Positions 8,652 to 17,546 of a stretch of 64,000 nucleotides of DNA are shown here, piece after piece (position 1 is the first letter of the stretch; each line of letters begins with the position of its first letter). Both the position numbers and the translations under genes were made by a program. Source of the DNA: Chloroflexota bacterium (GTDB taxonomy: Bacteria > Chloroflexota > UBA11872). The stretch lies in the NCBI GenBank assembly GCA_965247475.1, contig OZ252016.1, forward strand, positions 462,143 to 526,142, given 5' to 3'. Below the pieces are notes generated by a model. The model ran no database searches and was not told the origin of the DNA. It saw only the letters and a program-made list of their open reading frames with translations.

Positions 8652-10640
8652 CTATGACTCCTTCGCGTACAAATCGTGGATGTAGTGGTGGCCCGGCAGC
8701 CCCGTGAAGCTGTTGCCGCCGATCCTGGCGATGTTGAACGCCTTGGTCTGACCCGGAATGACCATCGGCAGGCCGACCACGTACTCCATCAGGATCTCTT
8801 CCGCGCGTCCGAGCATCTCCGCGCGTCTCTGCTGGTTGAACTCGGCACGCTGCGCATCCAGCAGCCGATCGACCTCATCGTTGTAGTAGAACGCGAAGGC
8901 GCGCCCCGGCTTGCCGTAGCGCGACGAGTGGTACTTGGCATACAGCACGTCGGCGTCCGGCCCGCCGCCGCCCGACCACACGGTGTTGAACGAGTCCCCG
9001 CGGGTCAGCCCGTCGAGGAACTGCGCCCATTCCATCGTGGGATTGTCGACGTAGATGCCGAGGTCGCGGTCCATCAGCAGCTTGAACGACTCGGGCATCG
9101 GATCGTCGGGCGTGAGCGGGAACGGGATCTCGAGCCGCTTCCCGTCACGATAGCGCCAGTCGCCCTCGCCGCGGAGCCAGCCGGCCTCGTCGAGGATCTC
9201 GTTGGCCTTGGCCACGGAGAACGGGTACTTGCTGTCCAGCGCCGGGTTGTGCCCGAAGGTGCCAGGCACGATCAGGCTATTGGCCGTTGGCGTGAAGCCG
9301 CCACTGGCTCGGAACGCCTGCTCAGCCTTGTTGAGGCCGTAGATGAGCGCCAGCCGTACGGCGTGCTCGTCCGTCGGCGGCAACTGGGTGTTCAGCTGCA
9401 GCAACCAGGGTATGCCCGGCGATGTCGCGATGTAGACCGCGCGCCGCTCGTCCCCGAAGTGCGGCCTGAGCGCCGTCGCCACCCCGGTCGTCATGCCATC
9501 GATGTCGAACGCATCGAAAGCAGCGATCAGCGTGGGGGCATCGCCCGATTGGATGTAGACGACCTCATCCGGGTACGCCGCGCCGCGGTTGCGGAAGAAC
9601 GACGGTCCCCAGTTGTAGTCCTCAAACCGCTCGGTCGTGAGGGTAACGTTCTCCTTCCAGTCCTTGAACTGCATCGGTCCGGTGCCAACCGGATTGCGGG
9701 CAAGGTCCTCCCCGAGCCGATCGACCGCGGTTGGCGACGTGAAGACCACGTAGCCCGAGCCGATATCGCGCTCGAACAGCACGTTGAGCTGCTTGGTATG
9801 GAGTCGGACCGTGAACTCGTCGACGACTTCCGCGCGCTCCACGTTGCTGATGAACTGGTGGATGAAGCCAGGATCGTTGGCCGGATCCAGCCAGCGGTCG
9901 AAGTTGAACTTCACCGCCTCCGCGTTGAACGGCGTGCCGTCGTGGAACTTCACGTCCTGCCGGAGGTGGAAGGTCCAGCTCATCCAATCGTCAGAAGGTG
10001 ACCAGCTCGACGCCAGCGACCCGTAGACGTTGTAGTCGGGGCCGGTGATGATCAGGCCCTCGTAGAGCACATTGCCGCCGGTCGCGAGGTCGTGCCCGTC
10101 GGTGAACGTGAGCGGATCGAGATTCGTCACCGGGGTGGTCCCGGAGAACGTCAGGCGACCGCCGCGCTGCGGATTCCACTCGGTGAGGCGATCAATGCTC
10201 GCTTTCTTCGTGATGCCGGGAGCACCGCTCCCCGCCGGGGACACGCCCTCGCCAACGATCACCTTCTCGACCTCGACGACCTTCTCGACCTCGACAACCT
10301 TCTCGACCTCGACAACCTTCTCGACCTCGACCGGGACCTCCCTGATGGTCTCGACCTCGACCGGGACCTCCCTCTCAACGATCCGGTCGACCGGAACCAC
10401 CCTGATGGTCTCGACCTCGACCGCGACCTCCCTGATGGTCTCGACCTCGACCGGGACCTCCCTCGCAACGATCCGGTCGACCGGAACTTCCCTGATGGTC
10501 TCGATCTCGACCGGCACTTCCTTCGTCACGACCTGCGTCTCACCGCACGCCGCGAGCGCGGCGGCCCCAACCCCGCCGGCCAGCGCCACCAACCCTAGGC
10601 GCATGACCTCGCGCCTGCTGGGCGGTCTTGTTGCGTTCAT
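8652..10640 (-). CDS. ABC transporter substrate-binding protein, family 5 (peptide/nickel/oligosaccharide), lipoprotein with a repetitive Glu/Val-rich linker
   Basis: Tat-like lipoprotein signal (RREVMRLGLVALAGGVGAAALAACG). A ~90-residue tandem-repeat linker, (VPVEVETIRE)n then (VEVEKV)n, precedes a family-5 SBP body. The start at MNATRPP (10640) is chosen over the upstream TTG/GTG at 10730. Confidence 0.8.
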   Translation of the reverse strand: MNATRPPSRREVMRLGLVALAGGVGAAALAACGETQVVTKEVPVEIETIREVPVDRIVAREVPVEVETIREVAVEVETIRVVPVDRIVEREVPVEVETIREVPVEVEKVVEVEKVVEVEKVVEVEKVIVGEGVSPAGSGAPGITKKASIDRLTEWNPQRGGRLTFSGTTPVTNLDPLTFTDGHDLATGGNVLYEGLIITGPDYNVYGSLASSWSPSDDWMSWTFHLRQDVKFHDGTPFNAEAVKFNFDRWLDPANDPGFIHQFISNVERAEVVDEFTVRLHTKQLNVLFERDIGSGYVVFTSPTAVDRLGEDLARNPVGTGPMQFKDWKENVTLTTERFEDYNWGPSFFRNRGAAYPDEVVYIQSGDAPTLIAAFDAFDIDGMTTGVATALRPHFGDERRAVYIATSPGIPWLLQLNTQLPPTDEHAVRLALIYGLNKAEQAFRASGGFTPTANSLIVPGTFGHNPALDSKYPFSVAKANEILDEAGWLRGEGDWRYRDGKRLEIPFPLTPDDPMPESFKLLMDRDLGIYVDNPTMEWAQFLDGLTRGDSFNTVWSGGGGPDADVLYAKYHSSRYGKPGRAFAFYYNDEVDRLLDAQRAEFNQQRRAEMLGRAEEILMEYVVGLPMVIPGQTKAFNIARIGGNSFTGLPGHHYIHDLYAKES
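10259..10520. repeat. In-frame coding tandem repeats (18-bp and 30-bp units) encoding the (VEVEKV)n/(VPVEVETIRE)n linker of the SBP at 8652-10640
   Basis: Visible direct repeats ccttctcgacctcgacaa x4 and cgggacctccctgatggtctcgacctcgac x~5, interleaved with a variant unit. Confidence 0.85.
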
Positions 10641-10737
10641 CGATACCCTCCCGTGGCTATTCGGAACGGCACGCGCCGCCCCATTCACCAAGCAAACCTT
10701 CGAGATCAACCGATTCGAGCGATAGGGCACCCCTTCC

Positions 10738-11640
10738 CTAGGTGGCCCACGCGTCGGCTTGCGGATCGAGCGCCTCGCGCAGACCGTCCCCGAGCATGTT
10801 GATTGAGAGCACCGTGATCATGAGTGCGCCGCCATTGGCAAAGGCGATCCAGGGCGCGGCGCGGAGATGAAGGCGCGAGTCGGCGAGATCGAGCCCCCAC
10901 TCCGCCGTGGGGGGCGTGGCCCCCAGGCCCAGAAAGCTCAGTCCGGCGGCCGCGATGATGGACGTACCGAGGCCCAGCGTCGCCATGACGATCACCGGGC
11001 TCACGATGTTCGGCAGAATGTGCCGCAGCATGATGCGCGTGTCGCGCATCCCCAGGGCGCGGGCGGACCGCACGTAGCCAAGCTCCTTGGCCGCAAGCGT
11101 GGCGCCGCGCACGACGCGCGCGTAGTAGGGGATGCCGGCGATCCCCAGCGCCACCATCGCGTTCTGGAGACCGGGCCCCAGCGCCGCCACGATCGTGAGC
11201 GCGAGCAGCAGCCCGGGAAACGCGAGCATGATGTCGAGCACCCGGCCGATCACGCTGCTCACCCAGCCGCCAAAATAGCCGGCGACCAGGCCCACAAGCG
11301 TGCCGCCGACGCTCGCGAGCGCCACCGCCACCACGCCCACCCGCAGTGAAACCGGCGCCGCGCGGACAACGCGGGTAAACACGTCGCGCCCCAGGTCGTC
11401 CGTTCCGAACCAGTGCTCGGTGGTCGGCGCGCTCAGGCCGTGGATCGGGTCGAAGGAATTGACCGGCTCCCGGGCGATCAGCTCGGAGAAGCTCGCGACC
11501 CCGATCATGAAGAGCAGGATCGCTCCGCCTACCAGCGCCGCCTTGTTGCGCCGCAACCGCCCCCAGGCCTGGCTCCACTCGCTGCGGGTGCGAGCCGGGG
11601 GAACCGCAGTGGCCGCGTCGATCCGCTGGGCGACGGCCAT
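10738..11640 (-). CDS. ABC transporter permease, DppC/OppC family
   Basis: DppC-like N-terminal region and permease EAA-like motif. Gene order on the minus strand is DppC-like permease, SBP, then DppB-like permease (11640 down to 7652). Confidence 0.85.
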   Translation of the reverse strand: MAVAQRIDAATAVPPARTRSEWSQAWGRLRRNKAALVGGAILLFMIGVASFSELIAREPVNSFDPIHGLSAPTTEHWFGTDDLGRDVFTRVVRAAPVSLRVGVVAVALASVGGTLVGLVAGYFGGWVSSVIGRVLDIMLAFPGLLLALTIVAALGPGLQNAMVALGIAGIPYYARVVRGATLAAKELGYVRSARALGMRDTRIMLRHILPNIVSPVIVMATLGLGTSIIAAAGLSFLGLGATPPTAEWGLDLADSRLHLRAAPWIAFANGGALMITVLSINMLGDGLREALDPQADAWAT

Positions 11641-11992
11641 GGCGGCCTACCGGGCCAAGGGCGCGCATCGGGTGTCGCGCCCGAGTCGGGCGCCGTCGCG
11701 AGCTTGGCTCCATACTTCCATCGCGCCCGTCCGTGGCGCGACGCCACACCTACCGACGGAGTCCCAGCACGCTAGGACGCGACGGAAACCGTGTCAAACG
11801 CGGCTCGAGCGTGATCGGGTCCCGCCGGTCGTCGGCACGGCCCCCTGTGCACTCTGAGCCGCTTCCCCATGTCATTCCTGGGTGTCAGGTTGCGAGCACT
11901 CGGGAGGGCTACGCTCCCGAGTGGACCGGCGGGGGTCTGTCCCGAGTCCGTCGAACCGCCTGTCCGGAGTTCATCCAAGCAATCCCATGGCT

Positions 11993-12038
11993 GGCGCCGA
12001 GGTCTGCTAGCCTCCCTCGCGTTGAACAGCGCGCGCGG
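11993..12038. repeat. Second copy of the 46-bp element, 42 bp upstream of the GH-like gene start
   Basis: See 6984-7029. Confidence 0.8.
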
Positions 12039-12079
12039 GCAGCGATCGCGCGTGGGCGCCGGGATTGGGGAACCGTTCG

Positions 12080-13564
12080 ATGGCCCGTACCGACTGTCTG
12101 TCGATGATTCTCGACGAGGACATTGCCGACCGCGACACGGTGGCGTGGCGCGTCGAGCCCGCAGTCGTGGATTCCGCCAACCCGCTCATCGAGCCGCGCT
12201 ATCCATGGGACAGCGGCGCTACCTTTGCGCACGGCACCTTTCTGCTCGATCCGATCGACGGGCTCTGGAAGGGCTGGTACCTCTCCACCCCGCCCGGCGA
12301 GCACGCCCGTCGCTTGACCTATGCGACTTCGGAAGACGGGATCAACTGGACGCGCCCCGAGCTCGACCTCTGCCCGCAGCCCGGCTACCCCCGCAGCAAC
12401 GTCATCTTCGACTTTGATTCAGGCGGCGTGTCGTCCTTCGCCTCCGTGATCGTGCACCCGGACGCGGAGGCCGAGCGGCGCTACGAGATGTTCTGCATGC
12501 GTGTGCCCGGGCGGCCCGCGGGCATCGGGGCCAAGTTCGTCCGCGGGATCGAGCCCAAGCCGGGCGAGACCGGCCATCCGTTCGCCACCTACCGTTACTT
12601 CTCGCCTGATGGGATCAACTGGACCGCCCATGAAGGCCCGCTGCTCGTGCCCCAGATGTCCGCCCGCATGATCCTGCCGTACGCCACGCCGATTGGCGGC
12701 GCCGATCACTCGGCCTACTACCTCGACGAGGATGGCGGTTACGTCCTCTATCAGAAGGTGGGCGAGACCATGCACGGCGGCGGCTTCGTCCCCTACGACT
12801 GCTTCCCGCAGGGGCGCCGCGTGATGGCGCGCCGCACCAGTCCGAACGGATCCGATTGGTCGCCGCTCGAAGTCATCCTCCAGCCCGACTGGCGCGATCC
12901 CCAGGACCTGCAGCTCATGGAGCTCATCCCGATGAAGGTCCGCGGCGGCTACGTCGGCCTGCTCTGTTGCTACAACGTCCTGGAGCAGTCGATCGACTGG
13001 CAGTTCGCGGCCAGCGAGGACGGCCGCATCTGGTCGCGGCCCAGCCGGCGGCCGTCGATGCCGCTCGCGCCGCTCGGTGACTACGGCGGTGGCATGCTCT
13101 GGCCGAACCACAACTTCATCGAGCACGGCGGCCGACAGTACATGATCTACAGCGGGCTCGAGGGTCTGCACGGCGATACCTACGCGAGCGAACCCAATCT
13201 CAACGCGTTTCATGGCGCTGTCTGTCGGGCCAGTTGGGAGACCGATCGGTACTGGGCGGCCGTCAGCGCCGTCGGCGGCGCGACCGTGGGGAGCTTCACC
13301 ACCCATCCGGCGCCGGTTGGCGGCAAGCGCCTCGTCCTCAACGCCGCCACATCCACCGTGAGCGAGGGCGATCTTGAGGTCGAGCTCGTCGATCCGGACG
13401 GCGCGCCGATCCAGGGGTTTACGCGCGCCGACTACCAGGCCTGGCGGGGCGATTCAAAGTCGCAGCCGGTGCGTTGGACCGGCGGAGAAGTTGCGCCTCG
13501 CGACCATGTGGCCGCGCGCTTCTTCATCCGGCAGTCGCGGCTGTACGGATACGCCTGGGAGTGA
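12080..13564 (+). CDS. Glycoside-hydrolase-like five-bladed beta-propeller protein (GH130/GH43/GH32 clan-like) with C-terminal beta-sandwich domain; cytoplasmic
   Basis: N-terminal NPLIEPRYPWDSGATFAHGTFLLDPIDGLWKGWY resembles GH130/GH43 first-blade motifs; also TYATSEDGINWTRPEL. A paralogue is at 31707-33323. ATG at 12080; the ORF track starts at the TTG at 12065. Confidence 0.55.
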   Translation: MARTDCLSMILDEDIADRDTVAWRVEPAVVDSANPLIEPRYPWDSGATFAHGTFLLDPIDGLWKGWYLSTPPGEHARRLTYATSEDGINWTRPELDLCPQPGYPRSNVIFDFDSGGVSSFASVIVHPDAEAERRYEMFCMRVPGRPAGIGAKFVRGIEPKPGETGHPFATYRYFSPDGINWTAHEGPLLVPQMSARMILPYATPIGGADHSAYYLDEDGGYVLYQKVGETMHGGGFVPYDCFPQGRRVMARRTSPNGSDWSPLEVILQPDWRDPQDLQLMELIPMKVRGGYVGLLCCYNVLEQSIDWQFAASEDGRIWSRPSRRPSMPLAPLGDYGGGMLWPNHNFIEHGGRQYMIYSGLEGLHGDTYASEPNLNAFHGAVCRASWETDRYWAAVSAVGGATVGSFTTHPAPVGGKRLVLNAATSTVSEGDLEVELVDPDGAPIQGFTRADYQAWRGDSKSQPVRWTGGEVAPRDHVAARFFIRQSRLYGYAWE

Positions 13565-13593
13565 TCGTGTCGCGCCGCATCCGCGCTGCGGAC

Positions 13594-13750
13594 GGCTGAC
13601 CGTCGCGCCGACGCGGAGCCGACGACTGACCGTCGTTCCGACGCCGAGCGGACCACTCACTGTCATTCCGACGCGCAGCGGAGAAATCTCACGGCGCGCC
13701 CGCGCATGTCCCCCCGTGAACCCTGAGCCAGTCGAAGGGGCACGGCAACG
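13594..13750. repeat. REP-A modules: three tandem degenerate copies of the GTCATTCCGA... unit plus a CCCGTG...CACGG hairpin module
   Basis: ctgaccgtcgcgccgacgcggagcc / ctgaccgtcgttccgacgccgagcgg / ctcactgtcattccgacgcgcagcgg, then ccccgtgaaccctgagccagtcgaaggggcacgg. Confidence 0.7.
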
Positions 13751-13859
13751 GCCCGGTCCAGGACACGTGTACCCCGGCCGCCGAGCATGCACCCGCCGCC
13801 GGCCACATAGACACAACCGACCCGCCTCGTCGTCGGCGCGACCGGGTGGTTGTTCGCCG

Positions 13860-14984
13860 CTAGAACGTCGAAGTGGTCTCGAGGAATCGCCCGCTCGCGC
13901 TGGACTTGGGAACGAGCTCGAGCACCTCGATGATGTGCAGGGCGTGACGGGCGGACATCTGCAGTTCGGCGTCGTCGAGGATGCAGTCGACCAGGTGCGT
14001 GATCGCGCCCGCGCGCGGCACGATCCCCCACCCGTCGTTGGGCTGTCCGACCGGCTTCCAGGTTGGCGCGCGGTCGCCGTCGAGACGGTAGAGCTCGATG
14101 CTGTCGGCGCCCATGCCGCCGTTGATCGCCAGCACGCCCTCGTCGCCGTAGTACTCGGTGTGCGGACCTCGGAAGCTCGGCGGCAGGTAGCCGGAGTAGG
14201 CCATCCCGAGCCGGTCGTCGCCCCAATCGAAGAGCATCGCGTTGTTGTCCGGCGCGGTGGCCGTGAACGCCTGTCCCTTGGTCGGTCCGCTGAGCGCCAC
14301 CCGCTCCCGCACCGCGATCCCCGTCAGGGCGCCGACGCGCTGGATCGGGCCGAGCAGGCTCGTCGGCTCGATCAGCTGGTAGGTCGTGAGGTCGAAGAGC
14401 GGGCCGCCTTCCGCCGCGTCGAACATCCAGGTCTGATCGGTCGGCGGCGTCTCCAGTCGCGCGATCACGGGATCCAGCCGCCGCCATTCAGTCTCGCGGT
14501 CGGCCGGGTTCGCGGTCATCTGCGTGCGCACGAATGAGATCTGGCCGATCGCGCCGTCGAGCAGCAGCTCCTTCGCGCGCTGCGAGACCGGTTCGAATAC
14601 CATCGCCGGCGCCGCGGCGAGCTTGAGCCCTCGCCGCTCGGCCAGCTCGACGATCTCGGTCGCCTTCTCGAAAGTGTGCGCGATGGGCTTCTCGATGCCG
14701 AGGTGCCGGCCCGCCTCCAGCACCTTCTTGGCGTGCTCGTAGTGCTGGGTGTGCCTGGTCAGCACCAGCACCGCTTCCACGTCCGTCCGCGCGAGCATCT
14801 CGTCGAGATCCTCGAACGCCGCGCGTGCGCCCCATTTCTCGGCGGCGGCCCGCGCGCGCCCCGGCGCCACGTCGGCCAGCGCGGTCAGCTCGGCCCGCGC
14901 GCCGTGCGCGACGATGGCATCGAGATAGAACAGCTCGGCTACGGTGCCGATCCCGACCACGCCGACCTTGACCTTCCGCGCCAC
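13860..14984 (-). CDS. Gfo/Idh/MocA family NAD(P)-dependent oxidoreductase
   Basis: N-terminal Rossmann KVGVVGIG, EKP motif, and a C-terminal alpha/beta domain. GTG start at 14984; the longer 555-aa ORF extension overlaps the convergent MFS gene and is artefactual. Confidence 0.75.
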   Translation of the reverse strand: MARKVKVGVVGIGTVAELFYLDAIVAHGARAELTALADVAPGRARAAAEKWGARAAFEDLDEMLARTDVEAVLVLTRHTQHYEHAKKVLEAGRHLGIEKPIAHTFEKATEIVELAERRGLKLAAAPAMVFEPVSQRAKELLLDGAIGQISFVRTQMTANPADRETEWRRLDPVIARLETPPTDQTWMFDAAEGGPLFDLTTYQLIEPTSLLGPIQRVGALTGIAVRERVALSGPTKGQAFTATAPDNNAMLFDWGDDRLGMAYSGYLPPSFRGPHTEYYGDEGVLAINGGMGADSIELYRLDGDRAPTWKPVGQPNDGWGIVPRAGAITHLVDCILDDAELQMSARHALHIIEVLELVPKSSASGRFLETTSTF

Positions 14985-15123
14985 GGTGATGCCTTTGCAG
15001 TGAAGGCCCGCGGGCGCCTCGGGGCGATCGCGGGCCGACTGGAACGCCAAGTTTGCGTGGCTTGCTGAGCGCGCACAACTGGGGCGCGAGGCCGCGAGGC
15101 GACCCCTCGAATGGGGCGGCCGC

Positions 15124-16380
15124 GTGAACGAACCGAGACGTATTTCGTCCGCCCTCGCGGGCGAGGCACCGGTGGGCGCGTCGCTGCCACGACTGTTTCC
15201 GGCGCTGGCCGCGGCCATGTTCGCGGGCACCTTGCTGCTCCACAGCTTCCACGCGATTCCGCATCTGATCGCGGCGGATTTCAACCTGTCGGTCGCGGTC
15301 GTCGCGCAGGCGCTCACGATCGATGCCGCCGTATCGATTGCGGCCGCGCTCGTAGTCGTGCCCGTGTCGGATCGCGTCGGGCGTCGAGGCATGCTGCTTG
15401 CGTCGATGGTCATCAGCGCCGGCGGCGCCGTGCTGGTGGCAGCCGCTCCCGCGTTTTGGGTGGCTGCCGTCGGGTTTGCCCTGTTCGGAATCGGACGCGG
15501 CGTCACGTTCCCGCTGCTGTTTGGCACGCTGGCCGATGTCTACGCGCACCCGCGCCGCGACCCGCGCGTGGCTGCGCTGCTAGCCGTCAGCCGCATCGCA
15601 TTCATCCTGGCGCCCATCACCGCCGGATTCGTCGCGAGCGCACTCTCCTGGCGGGCGGCGTTCGGGGTTGCTTCGGCGGTCGTTGTCGCGGCGTCGCTCG
15701 TGGTCGCCGTGCGGACCCGCCGGCAGATGCGGGCGCCGCGTTCCGCGCGGTCCGGCGTCAATCCGGTCACCGGCGGCCTCCGCACCGTATGGCGATCGCG
15801 CGAGCTGCGCACGCTGCTGGCCGCCAACGTTGCGTTCGCGATTGGCGGGATGGCTTCGCTGGCCTTCGTGGGCGCGTATGTGGCTGTCGACTTCGGCCTG
15901 CGCCCGCACGAAGCGGGCCTGGTGCTGGCGGCCGGCTCCGTTGCCGCCGGCGCGGGCGCTCTGATCAGCATGCGGCTGGGCCTCCGGCACCGCCTGACCG
16001 TGAGCGTGGCCGCCGGCGTGGTCCTGGCGGGCGGCCTGCTTGGCGCCTTCGTGCTGGCCCGATCGGTGCCGCTGGTCGTGGTCGCGTTTGTCACCGGGGC
16101 GTTCGGGTATGGCCTGCGCGACACGCCGATGCGGAGCTTGATGATGGATGGCGCGCCGGGCCATCTCGGCACGATCAGCGGGCTGATTCAGGTCAGCCTC
16201 TCGACCGGTCTGCTGCTTGGCGCATCGTTCGGTGGTCTCGTGCTCGGCGTCGCCGGGTTTCCCGCGGTCGGATGGCTGCTCGCCGTCGCCGTGTTGCTCG
16301 GGACGCTGATGCTCGGGAGCGCCGCTCGTTCTGCCGCCGGCGGCCGCTCGACTCGAAGCCGCGCGGCGGCCCCGAGCTAG
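15124..16380 (+). CDS. MFS transporter
   Basis: About 12 predicted transmembrane segments and the MFS loop motif DRVGRRGML. Confidence 0.8.
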   Translation: MNEPRRISSALAGEAPVGASLPRLFPALAAAMFAGTLLLHSFHAIPHLIAADFNLSVAVVAQALTIDAAVSIAAALVVVPVSDRVGRRGMLLASMVISAGGAVLVAAAPAFWVAAVGFALFGIGRGVTFPLLFGTLADVYAHPRRDPRVAALLAVSRIAFILAPITAGFVASALSWRAAFGVASAVVVAASLVVAVRTRRQMRAPRSARSGVNPVTGGLRTVWRSRELRTLLAANVAFAIGGMASLAFVGAYVAVDFGLRPHEAGLVLAAGSVAAGAGALISMRLGLRHRLTVSVAAGVVLAGGLLGAFVLARSVPLVVVAFVTGAFGYGLRDTPMRSLMMDGAPGHLGTISGLIQVSLSTGLLLGASFGGLVLGVAGFPAVGWLLAVAVLLGTLMLGSAARSAAGGRSTRSRAAAPS

Positions 16381-16506
16381 CCTGGCGATCCCGACTTACT
16401 TTGACACGCCCGAAAATCGGTGGCTTATACTTCCCAGAACCCGCCACCGATAGGGTGGCCAGGGTGGCTGTAGCGAGCCGATCCACCCTCCGTTCCAGGT
16501 TCGCCT

Positions 16507-17409
16507 GTGTCCGGGGGAATTGGGATTCGGTCGGCTGGAGATACGGCGGTGGCGTCCATCAGCTCGGCACTTCGGCGGCCACGCGCGGCATACGCCGACA
16601 GCGTCGCCCGCTACCTGCTGCTCATCGTCCTCGGCGCGGCGGTCTTCTATCCGATCTTTTGGCTGGTCACGCACTCATTTCGGCCCAACAGCGAGATCTT
16701 CACGCACCCGGCCCAGGCGCTGCCGCCGACCCCGACTTTCGAGGCCTACGGCAAGATCTTCGGCAACGGCCTCTGGCTCCGGATCTTCATCAACAGCTAC
16801 CTCGTGGCGACGGCCACGACCATCGTGGCGATCGGGCTCGGCGCGCTCGCCGCGTACGGGATGTCGCGGTTCACGTTTCGCGGGAAGCGCCAGCTCGAAT
16901 TCTTCGTGCTGGGAACCCAGCAAATCCCGCCGGTGGCCATGATCATCCCGTTCCTTGTCGTGATCCGGCAGTTGAACGTGTACGACACCCACCTCGCGCT
17001 GGTCCTCTCGTACGCGTCGTTCGCGCTGCCGCTCGCGATCCTGATGCTCTCCACGTATTTCGCCACGATCCCTATTGAGCTCGAGGAGTCGGCCTTCATC
17101 GACGGCGCGGGACGCCTGCGCACGCTGTGGATGATCGTGCTGCCGCTGGCCGCGCCCGGCCTCGTTGCCACCGGCGTGTTCGCGTTCATCCTGTCGTTTC
17201 AAGACCTGCTCTACGCCGTCACCCTCACGGCTTCGGACGATATGCGAACGATTCCGATCGGCATCATCGTCTTCAAGGGTCAGCAGAACGTCGACTGGCA
17301 CCAGATGCTCGCGGCGTCGGTGCTCGCCAGCATCCCGCTGCTGGCGGTGTACGCGCTTGCCCAGCGCTACCTGGTGTCCGGTCTCACGCTTGGCGCGGTC
17401 AAGCAGTAG
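16507..17409 (+). CDS. Carbohydrate ABC transporter permease (MalG/UgpE-like)
   Basis: EAA loop ESAFIDGAGRLRTLWMIVLPLAAPG; six transmembrane segments. Confidence 0.85.
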   Translation: MSGGIGIRSAGDTAVASISSALRRPRAAYADSVARYLLLIVLGAAVFYPIFWLVTHSFRPNSEIFTHPAQALPPTPTFEAYGKIFGNGLWLRIFINSYLVATATTIVAIGLGALAAYGMSRFTFRGKRQLEFFVLGTQQIPPVAMIIPFLVVIRQLNVYDTHLALVLSYASFALPLAILMLSTYFATIPIELEESAFIDGAGRLRTLWMIVLPLAAPGLVATGVFAFILSFQDLLYAVTLTASDDMRTIPIGIIVFKGQQNVDWHQMLAASVLASIPLLAVYALAQRYLVSGLTLGAVKQ

Positions 17410-17546
17410 GAGCGCGGAATGGAACGAATGACCCGACAGGTGAGAGGAGGCGCTGACTAAGAGAAGATCCTGCGCGATTCTTGATCGAAGCATTCCAATG
17501 ATGAGTCGAAGGCAGATTCCTGCCACGAGCACTGAGAAGGAGCATC

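Noticed and set aside
10259-10520. Regularly spaced short direct repeats that resemble a CRISPR array
   Set aside because: The repeats are in-frame within a long ORF (the SBP linker). Unit lengths are 18 and 30 bp with no unique spacers. There is no cas gene or leader. They encode (VEVEKV)n/(VPVEVETIRE)n.
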